Shown in pieces: positions 43,048 to 55,282 of a stretch of DNA of 64,000 nt. The stretch is from Coprothermobacterota bacterium (GTDB lineage Bacteria; Coprothermobacterota; Coprothermobacteria; Coprothermobacterales; Coprothermobacteraceae): positions 1-64,000 of the forward strand of contig JAZIGN010000004.1 of the NCBI GenBank assembly GCA_036679065.1, given 5' to 3'. Each line of letters opens with the position of its first letter. The stretch's first letter is position 1. Both the position numbers and the translations under genes were made by a program. The notes beneath the pieces are model-generated. The model did not search any database. It was not told the origin of the DNA and worked only from the letters and a program-made list of their open reading frames with translations.

Positions 43048-46000
43048 GGCAAGGTATGGACTTTGATGCCCTAAGAGTGAGATTGGCATCCCCTGATGAA
43101 ATAAGGGCAATGTCTCATGGTGAAGTAAAAAAGAGCGAAACCGTTAACTATAGAACGAATAGGCCAGAAGCCGATGGCTTGTTCTGTGAAAAAATATTTG
43201 GTCCCACGCGTGACTACGAGTGTGCGTGTGGAAAGTACAAAGGAAGAAAATATGAAGGGCAAGTGTGCGAACGCTGTGGCGTGGAAGTAACGCGCAGTTC
43301 TGTGCGTCGGGAACGCATGGGCCACATTGAGCTTGGTACACCCATTGTGCATCCTTGGTTTTTTAGGAATGCTCAATCCAGACTGGGCTTCATGGTGGAC
43401 ATGAAGCAAAAAGATTTGGAACGAGTGATTTACTACACCTCCAATTTGGCAACTGACACGGGACCTGACATACTGCCTCGTTTGACTGTGATGAATAGTG
43501 AAAAGGCTTTGGCTTTTTCATTTTGGTTCTTGGGACAAAAGTTAGTCCTCCATTCCGTGGCGGATGTGGAGGGCATCCCTCTGGACCGTTTAGAGCTTGC
43601 CGGTACTCCTGACTTTAGTTCGGGTTTGTTACTGCTGGAAGCGGCCTTAAAAGATATCTATGATCTGCTTTCAGAGAACATTAAGACCTACAAACAGCTT
43701 TCTGTTTACAAAACGGCTAATTACGTAATCAGACGTCTGAATGAACTGATCTCCACGAGTTACGGCGTGCCCGTTCCCATGGTTAAAGAAATTTGGAGGA
43801 ATAGCGCTTACGTACTGCGTACTAACGGAGATTTCGAAGTACTCACATCTGAGCAGTATTTAATGCTTTTGCCTGACGAACAGGAGCAAGTGCTTACCGG
43901 TGTTAAGGGAATCACGGCTTTAGTAGCTTCAAAGGAAGAACTGCTCGAGTTTGTTGGAGAACAGCTGGAGAAATTCCCCACTGATATGCGCAGGATCAAT
44001 GTGAATCCTGTGGCCAGCGGCAGACACATAACCAAGGATGAATTCATCGAATGTGTGAAAGCTCCCGTATTCAGTGATGGTAAGTGGCTGCCTTTCGAGG
44101 AAGCCCTTGAGCTTTACAGCAGAGGTGCGACCATTACCAGCTCCAGTTTCATCATGCATTTGGTTTCAGAGGTTTTCGGGGCTTTCAACTTAAAGAGAAG
44201 CGAACTACTTAGCAAAGCTGGTGCTGCTGCCGATAACGAAGATAAGCAGTATCTCTTAGGTAAAATGGTTGCTACTACGTTGGGTACGGGGGATTTTGAA
44301 TCGGCGTTGTCTAAAATTGTTTCAGGTGCTTACAGTGTAGTTCCTTATTACCACGTGGAAGCGGTGCCATCTCCTGGTGTGAACAAGTACAAGGTCATGG
44401 CAAGAGGATTGGCTTTGTCGCTACAGAATTTGGTAGCAGATATTCAGCAAATAAGAGAAGTACTTGATCAACGCAATTTAACATGGGAAGAGCAGCGTCC
44501 ACTCATCGAGAAAGATGTCAGATTTGTGTTGGCAGCCTTGGGTCTGGAAGATATTGACATTGACAAGATATTGGATGGCGGCTACGAGGTTGTAAATAAT
44601 TTTGGCTATTTCAGTGTGATGCCCAGAGAAGGGCAAAGCATGGAAGATGTGCTTAGAAATGCTTGCTCCATGGTGCTTAAAGATGTTACCAGACTTTTGG
44701 ATCGTGTTCAGGATTACGAGATCCTCATCGATGATGACAAGGAAAGAGCACTGCAGATCATTAAACACGTACTGGGAGCAGAGCTGTCAGATGAGGAGGA
44801 ATCAGATTTAGTAGTTACTGGCCATGAGCTGAAATTGATAAGAGGTTTGAGGCCGGTTTCTCAAGATCAGGTTTGGCAAATGCTCACATTGCTTCTCAGC
44901 GAAGCATTCACAAGGGACAATGTATTTGCAGCTGAGGTTTTCAGGAGATTGGGCTTTGAAGATGGAGAAGAACTTTTTGAAACTCTTAGCAAGCAACTCG
45001 TCGTTTCCACCTCTTTTGTGGCGCCTCGGGTGAACCCACTTGATCTGCTCAGTGATGAAGAAGCTGAAGCATACAGGCTTCTCATTGACGTGGACATCTT
45101 GAGAAATGAAGAGCCACTTCTGAGAACCCTCACAGGTGGGGAAGCCATCAAAGAACTACTTGAAAAGAACTACAGCCCGGATAAACTGCAGGACTGGGTG
45201 GATTACTTAGTGGAACAGCTTGAGGAAGCTTCTGGACAAAAGAAGCAGAAGCTTACAAAACGGCTGCAAGTAGTAAACGGTTTTCTCAGGAGCAAGACCA
45301 ACCCTTCTTGGATGGTGCTGGAGGTATTACCCGTATTGCCTCCTGATCTAAGACCACTCATTTTCGACAAGAATGAGCGTGCTAAATCTTCGGATTTAAA
45401 TGAACTTTATAGGAGAATCATAAACCGCAACCTGAGACTCAAGAGGCTCAGAGAACAAAAGGCTCCTGACCTAATTATTAGGAACGAAATGAGGCTGCTG
45501 CAGGAAGCAGTGGAAGCTCTCATTGATAACAGCAGAAAAGATAAACCGGTCAAGGACTCCAGAGGAAGACAGCTTAAATCGCTTACAGATAAACTTAGCG
45601 GTAAGCAGGGTAGGTTCAGACAGAATCTACTGGGTAAAAGGGTGGACTACAGCGGTCGTTCTGTCATTGTGATTGGGCCCGATCTGAAACTGAATCAGAC
45701 TGGTATCCCCAGAATCATGGCAGCAGAGCTGTTTAAACCCATGCTCATTGGCGAACTACAAAGAAGGGAAATAGCAAGTACTGCCAAACAGGCTAAGAAA
45801 ATGATCGAGAGCTATGATCCTCGCATATGGCCTGTGCTGGCTGACATCGTGAAGGGTTACTATGTGCTCCTGAACCGAGCTCCCACACTTCACAGGCCTA
45901 GCATACAAGCCTTTGAACCTGTATTGGTGGATTCAAAAGCCATTTCTGTTCCGCCCATGATCTGTCCTCCGTTCAACGCTGACTTTGACGGTGACCAGAT

Positions 46001-49000
46001 GGCAGTTCATGTTCCGCTTTCCAATCAGGCTCTGTCAGAAGCTCATGGTGAGCCTTTGGCTGCTCCTACGCAGGATTTGGTCATGGGGCCTTATTTCTTG
46101 ACGGCCGATGTTGAAGGTGACTTTAAGGGTGATGGAGCGATTTTCTACACCGCTCGCGAGGTGGAAAGGGCTCTGGAAACGAATAAGGTTGACCTGCATG
46201 CCCATATCTGGTATGTGCCACTACTCAAAGGAGCCAGTTCTGCTCATGGTGCAATTCAGGAAATCGATACAGCAAAGAAGGGCAATACCACAGTGGGTAG
46301 GGTCATATTCAACCACTTCATAAATCAGCGGCTTGCTGAAAATGGACTTCAGACGCTGCCTTTCGCTAACGAAACTATGACGAAGAAAGTTCTTTACAAC
46401 TACATAAACGATGCCATTGACAGGTTGGGGCTAAGTGACTCCATTCACGTGCTGGACGCCATAAAAGAGCTTGGCTTTAAATACGCCACGTTCTCTGGCT
46501 TGACCATAAGTGCTCTGGATCTTAGCGTGGTGCCCTCTAAAGAGAAACTCGTAGAGGAAGCTCGTGAGAAGATTGAAAGAATAGAGCAGGAATACAACTT
46601 CGGACGACTCACGGTGGAAGAACGCTACGAGAAAATAGTCAACATTTGGCGAGATGTGGTGGAACAGGTTACCGATAGCTTGACTGATTATTTCAAGGAA
46701 ACGGATCACCTTTACATGATGTTCACCTCTGGCGCCAGAGGAAACAAAGACCAGGTGCGACAGTTGGTGGGCCTGAGAGGTTTGATGGCAGACCCCACAG
46801 GTAGGATCATTGAATACCCCATTATTGACTCTTTGCTGGAAGGTTTGACGATACAGGAGTACTTTGTAAGCACTCACGGTGCACGTAAAGGACAAGCTGA
46901 TACGGCTTTAAAGACCGCTGACGCGGGTTACCTTACCAGGCGTTTGGTGGATGTGGTGCAGTCGGTGACCATTACAGAGGATGACCACGCCGTGGTAAGT
47001 GTAGGACCCAAGACTTACGAAAACGTGGCTGCCGCATTGGTGGGACGTTTTGCTGAGGAAGACGTGACACTGCCTGGCTTTGACGAACCAGTGGTTCGCA
47101 GAGGTCAAGTCATTGGTGTTGAAGAAGCACAGCTCATAGCTGAGGCAGGCATTGAAATACTGGTAAGACGCGACATGGAAATGGTGCGGGTTTCTGATTT
47201 GCTTGATCCTGACAATTTTGTTTATGGTCTGAACCACGCAAACTTCGTACTCCCAGGTGAAATGCGCATTGGTGACGAGGTACTGCCAAAGGGGACAAAG
47301 GTGACTCCTTCCTTGGCTTATCGTCTAAAAGAGCTGGGTGTAGAAGATTTAGTCGTTAAGCGTGAAGAAGGTCTACTTGTAAGGGATCTGGAAGCCACTG
47401 ATGGCAGTGTCATAGCTGAGTTGGGTAGCCGTATTTGGGGACGTTTTGCCGCAGAAGACATTGTTGACCCCAGCACTGGTCAAATCCTAGTCAGAGCAGG
47501 GCAAGAAATAACTGCCCAAGATGCACAGAGAATTGACCGCGCAGGTGTTAAATCTGTGAAGATTCACAGCCCCATCACATGTCTCAGTGAAGATGGCGTT
47601 TGTGTGACTTGCTATGGTAGGGACTTATCCAGAAGAAGACTGGTGGAAAAAGGCGAGAGTGTGGGCGTGGTAGCTGCTCAGTCCATTGGAGAACCGGGCA
47701 CTCAGCTAACACTTAGGACGTTCCACACAGGCGGCGTAGCTGGAGAGGATATCACAGGTGGTCTGCCGCGAGTAGAGGAGCTTTTCGAGGCGAGAAAGAA
47801 AAATGCCTTAACGGATATCGTGCTTCCACTGCAGGATTTCTTTGCCGTGTTTGACGGTGCGGAGCAGAAGATTGAACGCTACGTTTCTAATGCCATGGAA
47901 TCCTTTGTCGGTGAACTGGACAATGTGTTAAAGGCGCACCTTAACGAAATTGAAGATCCTGATGCGGCAAAGAACCTCAAGAAGATTGTAAGGAATTGGT
48001 TCTCAGATTTGGGCAACGTGCTTAACGAGCACCTGTTCCAGATAAGGCACGAGCTGCTGCAGGGATACGATTGGAATGGCCTGAACTTGAGTAGTCTGAA
48101 CAGAGCGAACGAAATGATGGAGGAGCTTTATCAGCTTCTGGAGAGGAAAGCTGGAGAATTCGAGCGTGTTTTCATGGACGCTCTTCATGCTGCTTCGCTT
48201 GAGGAACACGTTGGCTCTCTTAGTGGTCACTTCCGTGAAAAACTTGACAATGTGCAGAACACACTAAGAAGTGAACTTAGCATTGTTCCTTGGTACATTG
48301 CCGTGGCTGCTGGAATAAAGGGTGACGATCCTGCACAGCTCAAAAACTTCTTTGCTGGTTACGCTGACAGTTTGCATGTTGGCGATGTGGATTTTTCATT
48401 TGACATTGATGCTAAGCGTCCGACGAAGAAAGGTAAGTTAGTTGCCATGGCACCCATGGACGGCGTAGTTCAGGAGACATTCACGGTGACTGAGCATGGG
48501 CAAGAGCTGTTCACCATAATCGTGGTAAAGCAGGGTGATTCCTTTGGAGCTTTTGTAACCAACGCGGAATCCAGGAAACTCAGAATACGTCCTGACGACA
48601 TGGGCACAAAGTACCTATTCCCGGGTTACCGTCTTGTATTCGACAGCATTGATGCTTCGCTACTACTTAGGGCTTTTGGTAAGAACGCTGCAGCTGACTA
48701 CCTCATAGGTGAGATCAAAAGCGTTTATGCATCTCAGAAAGTGGAAATCAACGACAAGCATTTTGAGGTCGTACTCAGGCAAATGTTCTCGAAGGTATTC
48801 ATTGACGAATCTGGTGATTCTGTGGAAATGCTTCCGGGCGATGTAGTGGAGTGGACTGATTATGAGCAGGAAGTTAGATATTGGACTTTGCAAGGCAAAA
48901 AGGCTCCCAGAGGGCGTCAGCTTTGCATGGGAGTAACTAAGGTGTCAAAGTCTTCGAAGAGCTGGCTTGCAGCTGCTTCGTTCCAGGAGACACCGCAAGT

Positions 49001-49127
49001 GCTTGTAGATGCGGCTATTGCAGGCAAAGTGGATAAGTTAAAAGGGCTCAAAGAAAATGTTATAATAGCTCGGAGGATACCCGCTGGTACAGGTATCTAC
49101 AAGGAAGAAGACTTTATCATAGAGTAA
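43044..49127 (+). CDS. rpoC: RNA polymerase beta' subunit, 2,027 aa with large insertions (start may be ATG 43056)
   Basis: N-terminal Zn-binding cysteines, [44 protein letters not shown]. Confidence 0.98.
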   Translation: MRQGMDFDALRVRLASPDEIRAMSHGEVKKSETVNYRTNRPEADGLFCEKIFGPTRDYECACGKYKGRKYEGQVCERCGVEVTRSSVRRERMGHIELGTPIVHPWFFRNAQSRLGFMVDMKQKDLERVIYYTSNLATDTGPDILPRLTVMNSEKALAFSFWFLGQKLVLHSVADVEGIPLDRLELAGTPDFSSGLLLLEAALKDIYDLLSENIKTYKQLSVYKTANYVIRRLNELISTSYGVPVPMVKEIWRNSAYVLRTNGDFEVLTSEQYLMLLPDEQEQVLTGVKGITALVASKEELLEFVGEQLEKFPTDMRRINVNPVASGRHITKDEFIECVKAPVFSDGKWLPFEEALELYSRGATITSSSFIMHLVSEVFGAFNLKRSELLSKAGAAADNEDKQYLLGKMVATTLGTGDFESALSKIVSGAYSVVPYYHVEAVPSPGVNKYKVMARGLALSLQNLVADIQQIREVLDQRNLTWEEQRPLIEKDVRFVLAALGLEDIDIDKILDGGYEVVNNFGYFSVMPREGQSMEDVLRNACSMVLKDVTRLLDRVQDYEILIDDDKERALQIIKHVLGAELSDEEESDLVVTGHELKLIRGLRPVSQDQVWQMLTLLLSEAFTRDNVFAAEVFRRLGFEDGEELFETLSKQLVVSTSFVAPRVNPLDLLSDEEAEAYRLLIDVDILRNEEPLLRTLTGGEAIKELLEKNYSPDKLQDWVDYLVEQLEEASGQKKQKLTKRLQVVNGFLRSKTNPSWMVLEVLPVLPPDLRPLIFDKNERAKSSDLNELYRRIINRNLRLKRLREQKAPDLIIRNEMRLLQEAVEALIDNSRKDKPVKDSRGRQLKSLTDKLSGKQGRFRQNLLGKRVDYSGRSVIVIGPDLKLNQTGIPRIMAAELFKPMLIGELQRREIASTAKQAKKMIESYDPRIWPVLADIVKGYYVLLNRAPTLHRPSIQAFEPVLVDSKAISVPPMICPPFNADFDGDQMAVHVPLSNQALSEAHGEPLAAPTQDLVMGPYFLTADVEGDFKGDGAIFYTAREVERALETNKVDLHAHIWYVPLLKGASSAHGAIQEIDTAKKGNTTVGRVIFNHFINQRLAENGLQTLPFANETMTKKVLYNYINDAIDRLGLSDSIHVLDAIKELGFKYATFSGLTISALDLSVVPSKEKLVEEAREKIERIEQEYNFGRLTVEERYEKIVNIWRDVVEQVTDSLTDYFKETDHLYMMFTSGARGNKDQVRQLVGLRGLMADPTGRIIEYPIIDSLLEGLTIQEYFVSTHGARKGQADTALKTADAGYLTRRLVDVVQSVTITEDDHAVVSVGPKTYENVAAALVGRFAEEDVTLPGFDEPVVRRGQVIGVEEAQLIAEAGIEILVRRDMEMVRVSDLLDPDNFVYGLNHANFVLPGEMRIGDEVLPKGTKVTPSLAYRLKELGVEDLVVKREEGLLVRDLEATDGSVIAELGSRIWGRFAAEDIVDPSTGQILVRAGQEITAQDAQRIDRAGVKSVKIHSPITCLSEDGVCVTCYGRDLSRRRLVEKGESVGVVAAQSIGEPGTQLTLRTFHTGGVAGEDITGGLPRVEELFEARKKNALTDIVLPLQDFFAVFDGAEQKIERYVSNAMESFVGELDNVLKAHLNEIEDPDAAKNLKKIVRNWFSDLGNVLNEHLFQIRHELLQGYDWNGLNLSSLNRANEMMEELYQLLERKAGEFERVFMDALHAASLEEHVGSLSGHFREKLDNVQNTLRSELSIVPWYIAVAAGIKGDDPAQLKNFFAGYADSLHVGDVDFSFDIDAKRPTKKGKLVAMAPMDGVVQETFTVTEHGQELFTIIVVKQGDSFGAFVTNAESRKLRIRPDDMGTKYLFPGYRLVFDSIDASLLLRAFGKNAAADYLIGEIKSVYASQKVEINDKHFEVVLRQMFSKVFIDESGDSVEMLPGDVVEWTDYEQEVRYWTLQGKKAPRGRQLCMGVTKVSKSSKSWLAAASFQETPQVLVDAAIAGKVDKLKGLKENVIIARRIPAGTGIYKEEDFIIE

Positions 49128-49183
49128 AAAAGTAGTGTACACTTTTGAAGTGATGCTATTAGGTAAATCAGGAGGTGTTTGTA

Positions 49184-49564
49184 TTGCCGACGTTTAACCA
49201 GTTGGTCAAATATGGCCGCGAGAAAGTAAAAACGAAATCGAAGTCGCAGGCTTTGGAAGGCAACCCTCAGAAGAGGGGTGTTTGCCTGGTAGTGCGTACG
49301 ATGACGCCGAAGAAGCCTAACTCGGCTCTGAGGAAGATCGCCAGAGTACGTTTGTCTAACGGCTACGAGGTTTTGGCGTACATACCTGGTATTGGTCATA
49401 ACCTGCAGGAGCACTCTGTGGTTCTTGTCAGGGGCGGACGTGTAAAGGACTTACCAGGTGTACGTTATCACATCGTTCGAGGTGTTTACGACGCTGCAGG
49501 AGTTGAAGATAGAAGGCAGGGCCGTTCTAAATACGGCGCTAAGAGACCAAAAGGAGGAAGTTAA
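49184..49564 (+). CDS. rpsL: 30S ribosomal protein S12
   Basis: [23 protein letters not shown] start after GGAGGTG. Confidence 0.97.
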   Translation: MPTFNQLVKYGREKVKTKSKSQALEGNPQKRGVCLVVRTMTPKKPNSALRKIARVRLSNGYEVLAYIPGIGHNLQEHSVVLVRGGRVKDLPGVRYHIVRGVYDAAGVEDRRQGRSKYGAKRPKGGS

Positions 49565-49567
49565 GAC

Positions 49568-50038
49568 ATGCCCAGAGGAGGAAGTCCAACACCACGTACT
49601 GTGCCAGCTGACCCCATTTATGGTAGTGTGCTGGTTGCGAAGCTAATAAACAAGGTCATGGTCGGTGGTAAGAAATCTAAGGCGGAGAAAATTGTTTATG
49701 AAGCGCTAAGAATTGCTTCTGAGCAATTGAATGAAGACCCCATTGCGATTCTTACAAAAGCCATTGAGAATACGAAGCCCCTGGTAGAAACCAGGTCGCG
49801 CCGTATTGGTGGTGCCGTTTACCAAATACCAGTGGAGGTACCCGAAAGGCGTGCTTTGGCTTTGGCTCTTAGGTGGATTGTAAATGGTGCTCGTGACAGG
49901 GGCGCCGGAGAGATGGAAAAGAAGTTGGCTGCCGAGTTAGTAGACGCTTATAAGGGCCAGGGTTATGCCGCTAAGAGGCGGGAAGAAATCCATAGAATGG
50001 CAGAGGCTAATAAGGCGTTTGCTCACTTGAGATGGTGA
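49568..50038 (+). CDS. rpsG: 30S ribosomal protein S7
   Basis: RRIGGAVYQIP, HRMAEANKAFAH. Confidence 0.97.
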   Translation: MPRGGSPTPRTVPADPIYGSVLVAKLINKVMVGGKKSKAEKIVYEALRIASEQLNEDPIAILTKAIENTKPLVETRSRRIGGAVYQIPVEVPERRALALALRWIVNGARDRGAGEMEKKLAAELVDAYKGQGYAAKRREEIHRMAEANKAFAHLRW

Positions 50039-50044
50039 TAATTA

Positions 50045-52144
50045 ATGACGGATCACAGGGAATACACGCTAGAGAGAACACGCAACATTGGCATTGCAGC
50101 TCACATAGATGCTGGTAAAACCACAACTACTGAGCGAATTCTATTCTTTACTGGAAAGAGCCACAAACTGGGTGAAGTCCATGATGGGACTGCCACCATG
50201 GACTTCATGGATCAAGAGAAAGAGCGTGGCATAACCATAATGGCAGCTGCTACCACGTGCTTCTGGAAGGATCACAGAATCAATATCATTGATACGCCCG
50301 GACATGTGGACTTTACAATTGAGGTGGAACGTTCGCTTAGGGTGCTTGATGGCGCCGTTGTGGTCATAGATGCTGTTGCTGGTGTGCAGCCTCAAACCGA
50401 AACTGTGTGGCGTCAGGCTGACAGGTACAGCGTACCACGTATTGTTTTTGTAAATAAAATGGACCGCAATGGTGCAAACTTCTTAAGAGCCATCAACACC
50501 ATGAAAGAAAGACTTGGCGTAAATGCCGTGCCCGTGCAGCTCATGATTGGCAGTGAAGAGAACTTCCAGGGAGTAGTGGACCTTATTGAGAGAAAAGCCT
50601 ATTACTGGACTGATGTGCTTGGCACATCTTTCGAAGAAAGACCCATCCCTGCCGACATGCTTGATTTGGTGGAGGAATACCGCGAAAAGTTGGTAGAAGC
50701 CGCGGTGGAGATGGACGATGAGGTCATGGAAAAGTACTTGGAAGGCGAGGATATCAGTGCTGATGAGATAAGAATGTGTCTACGAAAGGGCACAATACAG
50801 AGAAAAATTGTTCCGGTCCTGGGTGGTTCAGCTTACAAGAATAAGGGTATTCAACCACTGTTGGACGCAGTAGTTTACTACTTACCTAGCCCATTGGACC
50901 TGCCACCAGTGAGGGGCATCAATCCCAAGACAAATGAAGAGGAAGAAAGGGAGCCTTTGGACAGCGAACCACTGGCGGCTTTCATATTTAAGATACAGAC
51001 TGACCCCTACGTGGGTAAATTGGCGTGGGTCAGGGTGTACTCTGGTGTTTTGCATGCCGGTTCTTATGTTTACAACGTAACAAAGGACTCAAAGGAAAGA
51101 GTATCTAGGCTTTTAAGGATGCATGCCAGCCACAGAGAAGACGTAGAAGCCATTGGTGCTGGTGACTTGGGTGCCATAGTGGGAATGCGGAATGTGACAA
51201 CGGGTGACACTTTGGCTGATGAAAATGCACCTATCATATTGGAGTCCCTGTTTGTACCTGAACCAGTTATTTCGCTTTCCATTGAACCTAAGACTCAGCA
51301 AGACCAAGACAGACTTTCCATGGGTCTACAGCGCTTATCTGAAGAAGATCCTACCTTCCGAGTAAAGGTTGATCAGGAAACTGGTGAAACCATAATCTCT
51401 GGTATGGGAGAACTGCATCTGGAAATCATCGTGGATAGGCTGCGTAGGGAATTCAAGGTGGATGCCAATATTGGAAAGCCACAGGTTTCCTACAGAGAGA
51501 CCATCAAGAAGCCTGTCAGGACTGAGGGCAAGTACATAAGACAGAGCGGTGGTAGAGGTCAGTACGGTCACGTAGTTGTGGAGTTTGAGCCTTTACCAAG
51601 AGGAACTGGTATCATTTTTGAGAATAAGATTGTTGGTGGAGTAATCCCCAAGGAGTACATTCCGGCTGTGGAAAAGGGTATCAGAGAGGCTTTTGAAAAC
51701 GGCGTTATTGCCGGATACCCCATAGTCGATGTAAAAGCCACCCTGGTCGATGGTTCCTATCATGAGGTAGACTCTTCTGAGATCGCCTTCCACTTAGCTG
51801 CGGCAAGAGCTGTCAGGATGGGCATACCTCAGGCTGATCCAGTTCTTTTGGAGCCCATCATGAAAGTGGAAGTAGTAGTTCCAGAAGATTACATGGGAGA
51901 TGTCATGGGTGACTTGAGTTCCAGACGCGGAAGAATCATGGGTATTGAAGCGCAGGGGCACCTGCAGGAAATCAGAGCAGAGGTGCCACTTGCTGAGATG
52001 TTTGGTTATGCAACTGTATTGCGCTCTCTTACACAGGGCCGTGGTAGTTTTGTTATGGAATTCTCTCATTATGAGGAAGTTCCGTCTAAGATTGCAGAGA
52101 CCATCATTGAGTCCAGAGGGAAATTAAGGAGGAGTGAAGAGTAA
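50045..52144 (+). CDS. fusA: Elongation factor G
   Basis: [26 protein letters not shown]. Confidence 0.98.
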   Translation: MTDHREYTLERTRNIGIAAHIDAGKTTTTERILFFTGKSHKLGEVHDGTATMDFMDQEKERGITIMAAATTCFWKDHRINIIDTPGHVDFTIEVERSLRVLDGAVVVIDAVAGVQPQTETVWRQADRYSVPRIVFVNKMDRNGANFLRAINTMKERLGVNAVPVQLMIGSEENFQGVVDLIERKAYYWTDVLGTSFEERPIPADMLDLVEEYREKLVEAAVEMDDEVMEKYLEGEDISADEIRMCLRKGTIQRKIVPVLGGSAYKNKGIQPLLDAVVYYLPSPLDLPPVRGINPKTNEEEEREPLDSEPLAAFIFKIQTDPYVGKLAWVRVYSGVLHAGSYVYNVTKDSKERVSRLLRMHASHREDVEAIGAGDLGAIVGMRNVTTGDTLADENAPIILESLFVPEPVISLSIEPKTQQDQDRLSMGLQRLSEEDPTFRVKVDQETGETIISGMGELHLEIIVDRLRREFKVDANIGKPQVSYRETIKKPVRTEGKYIRQSGGRGQYGHVVVEFEPLPRGTGIIFENKIVGGVIPKEYIPAVEKGIREAFENGVIAGYPIVDVKATLVDGSYHEVDSSEIAFHLAAARAVRMGIPQADPVLLEPIMKVEVVVPEDYMGDVMGDLSSRRGRIMGIEAQGHLQEIRAEVPLAEMFGYATVLRSLTQGRGSFVMEFSHYEEVPSKIAETIIESRGKLRRSEE

Positions 52145-53361
52145 TGGCGAAGGAGAAGTTTGAGAGGACGAAGCCGCACGTAAATGTAGGGACCATAGGG
52201 CACATAGACCATGGGAAGACGACACTAACAGCAGCGATAACACAGACGTTAGCAGCGGAAGGGCTAGCGAAGCCGCAGGGATACTTTGACATAGACAAAG
52301 CACCGGAAGAGAAAGCAAGAGGGATAACGATAAACATCACGCACGTAGAATACGAGACACCGAAGAGGCACTATGCGCACATAGACTGTCCAGGGCACGC
52401 AGACTACATCAAGAACATGATCACAGGTGCAGCGCAGATGGACGGAGCGGTACTGGTGGTAGCAGCGACAGACGGAGTGATGCCGCAGACAAGGGAGCAC
52501 GTGTTACTGGCTAGGCAAGTGAACGTACCGGCGATGGTAGTATTCATCAACAAGACAGACATGGTAGACGATCCAGAGTTAGTGGAGCTAGTGGAGATGG
52601 AAGTAAGGGACCTACTTAACCGATACGGATTTCCTGGAGACGAAGTACCAGTGATAAAGGGATCGGCATTAGAGGCATTAGAGGTACTGAGCAAGAATCC
52701 GCAGACGAAGCGTGGAGAGAACGAATGGGTAGACCGTATATGGGAACTAATAGATGCGATGGACAGTTACATACCGGACCCAGTAAGGGAAGTAGACAAG
52801 CCATTCCTGATGCCGATAGAGGACGTATTTAGCATAACAGGGCGAGGGACAGTAGTCACAGGAAGGGTAGAGCGAGGAAGGCTAAAGGTAGGAGAAGAAG
52901 TAGAGATAGTAGGGTTACGAGGTGGAGTAAGGAAGACAGTAGTGACAGGTATAGAGATGTTCCGGAAGACGTTAGATGAAGCGATGGCAGGAGACAACGT
53001 AGGTTTACTGCTAAGGGGCATAGGGAAAGACGAAGTAGAGCGTGGAGAAGTAGTAGCGAAGGTAGGGTCAATAAGGCCGTACACGAAGTTCAGGGCACAG
53101 GTGTATGTGTTGAAGAAAGAGGAAGGTGGAAGGCACACACCGTTCTTCAACGGATACAGGCCGCAGTTTTACATCAGGACAACAGACGTGACGGGGACAA
53201 TAAAGCTGGACCCGGGAGTAGAGATGGTCATGCCAGGAGACAATGCAGAATTTGAAGTAGAGCTTATCTACCCAGTGGCATTAGAAGAGGGCATGAGATT
53301 TGCAATCAGAGAAGGCGGAAGGACAGTAGGAGCTGGTGTTATCACCAAGCTCTTGGAATAA
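52144..53361 (+). CDS. tuf: Elongation factor Tu
   Basis: [25 protein letters not shown]. Confidence 0.98.
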   Translation: MAKEKFERTKPHVNVGTIGHIDHGKTTLTAAITQTLAAEGLAKPQGYFDIDKAPEEKARGITINITHVEYETPKRHYAHIDCPGHADYIKNMITGAAQMDGAVLVVAATDGVMPQTREHVLLARQVNVPAMVVFINKTDMVDDPELVELVEMEVRDLLNRYGFPGDEVPVIKGSALEALEVLSKNPQTKRGENEWVDRIWELIDAMDSYIPDPVREVDKPFLMPIEDVFSITGRGTVVTGRVERGRLKVGEEVEIVGLRGGVRKTVVTGIEMFRKTLDEAMAGDNVGLLLRGIGKDEVERGEVVAKVGSIRPYTKFRAQVYVLKKEEGGRHTPFFNGYRPQFYIRTTDVTGTIKLDPGVEMVMPGDNAEFEVELIYPVALEEGMRFAIREGGRTVGAGVITKLLE

Positions 53362-53380
53362 CTCAGAGGAGTGAGAAGTA

Positions 53381-53689
53381 ATGTCAGCACAACGAATACG
53401 AATAAAACTACGCTCATATGATCACAGGTTACTGGACCAATCAGCAAAGCGCATTGTGGAAGTAGCTAAGAGAACGGGCGCGAAGGTAGCTGGTCCCATA
53501 CCGCTGCCCACGGATCGCAGAGTGTACTGTGTGACTCGTTCTCCACATGTTGACAAAGATTCCAGAGAACATTTCGAGATAAAGATGCACAAGCGTCTCA
53601 TCGACATCATCGATCCAACTCAAGAAACAGTATCTAACTTGATGAGCTTGGAGCTTCCCGCTGGGGTCGATATACATCTGAAGCTTTAG
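53381..53689 (+). CDS. rpsJ: 30S ribosomal protein S10
   Basis: [21 protein letters not shown]. Confidence 0.97.
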   Translation: MSAQRIRIKLRSYDHRLLDQSAKRIVEVAKRTGAKVAGPIPLPTDRRVYCVTRSPHVDKDSREHFEIKMHKRLIDIIDPTQETVSNLMSLELPAGVDIHLKL

Positions 53690-53704
53690 GGATGGTGAAA
53701 AGAA

Positions 53705-54364
53705 GTGAAAGGAATAGGACTACTCGGTAAAAAAATTGGCATGAGCCGCTTCATTGATGAAAAAGGCGTGTTTATTCCTGTCACACTTATTAAGGCGGGA
53801 CCAAACTACGTAGTAAGCGTGAAGAAAGATAAAGATGGTCGGGAATCAGTTGCCTTGGGTTTTGAAGTGGTAAAAGAGAAAGCCCTAAACAAACCAGAAT
53901 TAGGTGTTCTAAAGAAAGCTGGTGTACCACCAGTTAGGTTTGTTAGGGAGTTCAGATATCCTGGCATCAGTGAAAAGTTTGAAGTGGGTCAGGAAGTTAA
54001 CGTGGCAGATGTGTTCGAAGATGGAGAATTTGTGGACGTGGTAGGCACGAGCAAAGGCCGCGGTTTTGCTGGAGCCATGAAACGTTGGGGATTTGCTGGA
54101 GGCCCAAAAACTCACGGAACACGTGGGTGGCACAGAAGAGTGGGCGCCATCGGTAACAGAACATATCCTGGAGAGGTAAAACCGGGCAAGAAGATGCCTG
54201 GACATTACGGCAATACCCAGGTAACTGTGAGGAATCTTAAGATTGTTAAGGTCATACCAGAGCAGAACATCATAGCCGTTAAGGGCTCAGTACCCGGATC
54301 CAGAAACGGTCTCGTACTCGTTAGAAAAGCTTACGGACTTGGACCTGAAGGAAGGAGTGAGTAG
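53705..54364 (+). CDS. rplC: 50S ribosomal protein L3
   Basis: GKKIGM, SKGRGFAG, KKMPGHYG. Confidence 0.96.
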   Translation: MKGIGLLGKKIGMSRFIDEKGVFIPVTLIKAGPNYVVSVKKDKDGRESVALGFEVVKEKALNKPELGVLKKAGVPPVRFVREFRYPGISEKFEVGQEVNVADVFEDGEFVDVVGTSKGRGFAGAMKRWGFAGGPKTHGTRGWHRRVGAIGNRTYPGEVKPGKKMPGHYGNTQVTVRNLKIVKVIPEQNIIAVKGSVPGSRNGLVLVRKAYGLGPEGRSE

Positions 54365-54366
54365 GG

Positions 54367-54993
54367 ATGCAACTTCCAGTATTTGATGTGAATGGTGCCG
54401 AAGTTGCCTATGAAGATGTTAATGAAAACTTGGTAGCGGCGCCTGTGCGCGGTAGGTTGCTGCATCTGAATGTGGTGCGTGTGCTTTCTGGCAAGCGCCA
54501 TGGCACGGCATCTACTAAGAAACAGGGAGAGGTAGCAGGAAGCACAAGAAAACCTTGGCCACAGAAACACACGGGCAGGGCTCGTCACGGCTATATGAGA
54601 TCTCCCATTTGGAGAAAGGGAGCTGTGGCTTTTGGTCCTAAACCGCGTAGCTGGACTAAGGACGTCAACAAGAAACAGATTAAGCTTGCCATGGCATCCA
54701 GTTTTGGATACAGACTAAAAAATGGCGAGCTATTAATCATTGATGCAAATAGCTTCAGTGGTAAAACTCGTGAATTTAAGGCTTTTCTAAGGAATAAGCA
54801 GTTGGATGAGAAGCGCGTAACAGTGGTGTCACTGGCTAATGAACAGGGTGTTAGGCGTGCTTGTCAGAACTTGGAGAATGTTTACTATGTTCCCGTAGAG
54901 AAAGTAAATGCTTACGACTTACTCAAGGGAGATGCTGTCATAATGACTCAATCCGCGTGGGCCAGAGCACAGGAGGTGTGGGCCAATGTCTAA
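54367..54993 (+). CDS. rplD: 50S ribosomal protein L4
   Basis: KPWPQKHTGRARHG, FGPKPR. Confidence 0.96.
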   Translation: MQLPVFDVNGAEVAYEDVNENLVAAPVRGRLLHLNVVRVLSGKRHGTASTKKQGEVAGSTRKPWPQKHTGRARHGYMRSPIWRKGAVAFGPKPRSWTKDVNKKQIKLAMASSFGYRLKNGELLIIDANSFSGKTREFKAFLRNKQLDEKRVTVVSLANEQGVRRACQNLENVYYVPVEKVNAYDLLKGDAVIMTQSAWARAQEVWANV

Positions 54994-55276
54994 ATCGCCT
55001 TTGGATGTACTCATAGCACCCGTACTAACAGAAAAAGCGTTGATGCTTCACAGAGAAGGCAAGTACACGTTCTACGTGAAAAAAGACGCTAACAAGGTTG
55101 ATATTAAACGTGCTGTGGAGCAGGTTTTCAATGTTAAAGTAGTGAAAGTTCATACTTCCTGCGTACGTGGGAAGCAAAAAAGAAGAGGCTATAACGTCTA
55201 CAGGACTCCTGACAAGAAGAAAGCCATCGTTCAGCTTGCTCCTGGCCAGCACATTGAACTCATTGAGGGAGTGTGA
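54986..55276 (+). CDS. rplW: 50S ribosomal protein L23
   Basis: PVLTEK, ANK.DIK.AVE, KKAIV. Confidence 0.95.
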   Translation: MSKSPLDVLIAPVLTEKALMLHREGKYTFYVKKDANKVDIKRAVEQVFNVKVVKVHTSCVRGKQKRRGYNVYRTPDKKKAIVQLAPGQHIELIEGV

Positions 55277-55282
55277 TATTAG

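Noticed and set aside
43438..48414. Inteins as the cause of the RpoC insertions
   Set aside because: No C/S-start with HN-C/S/T end motifs or LAGLIDADG blocks at the insert boundaries
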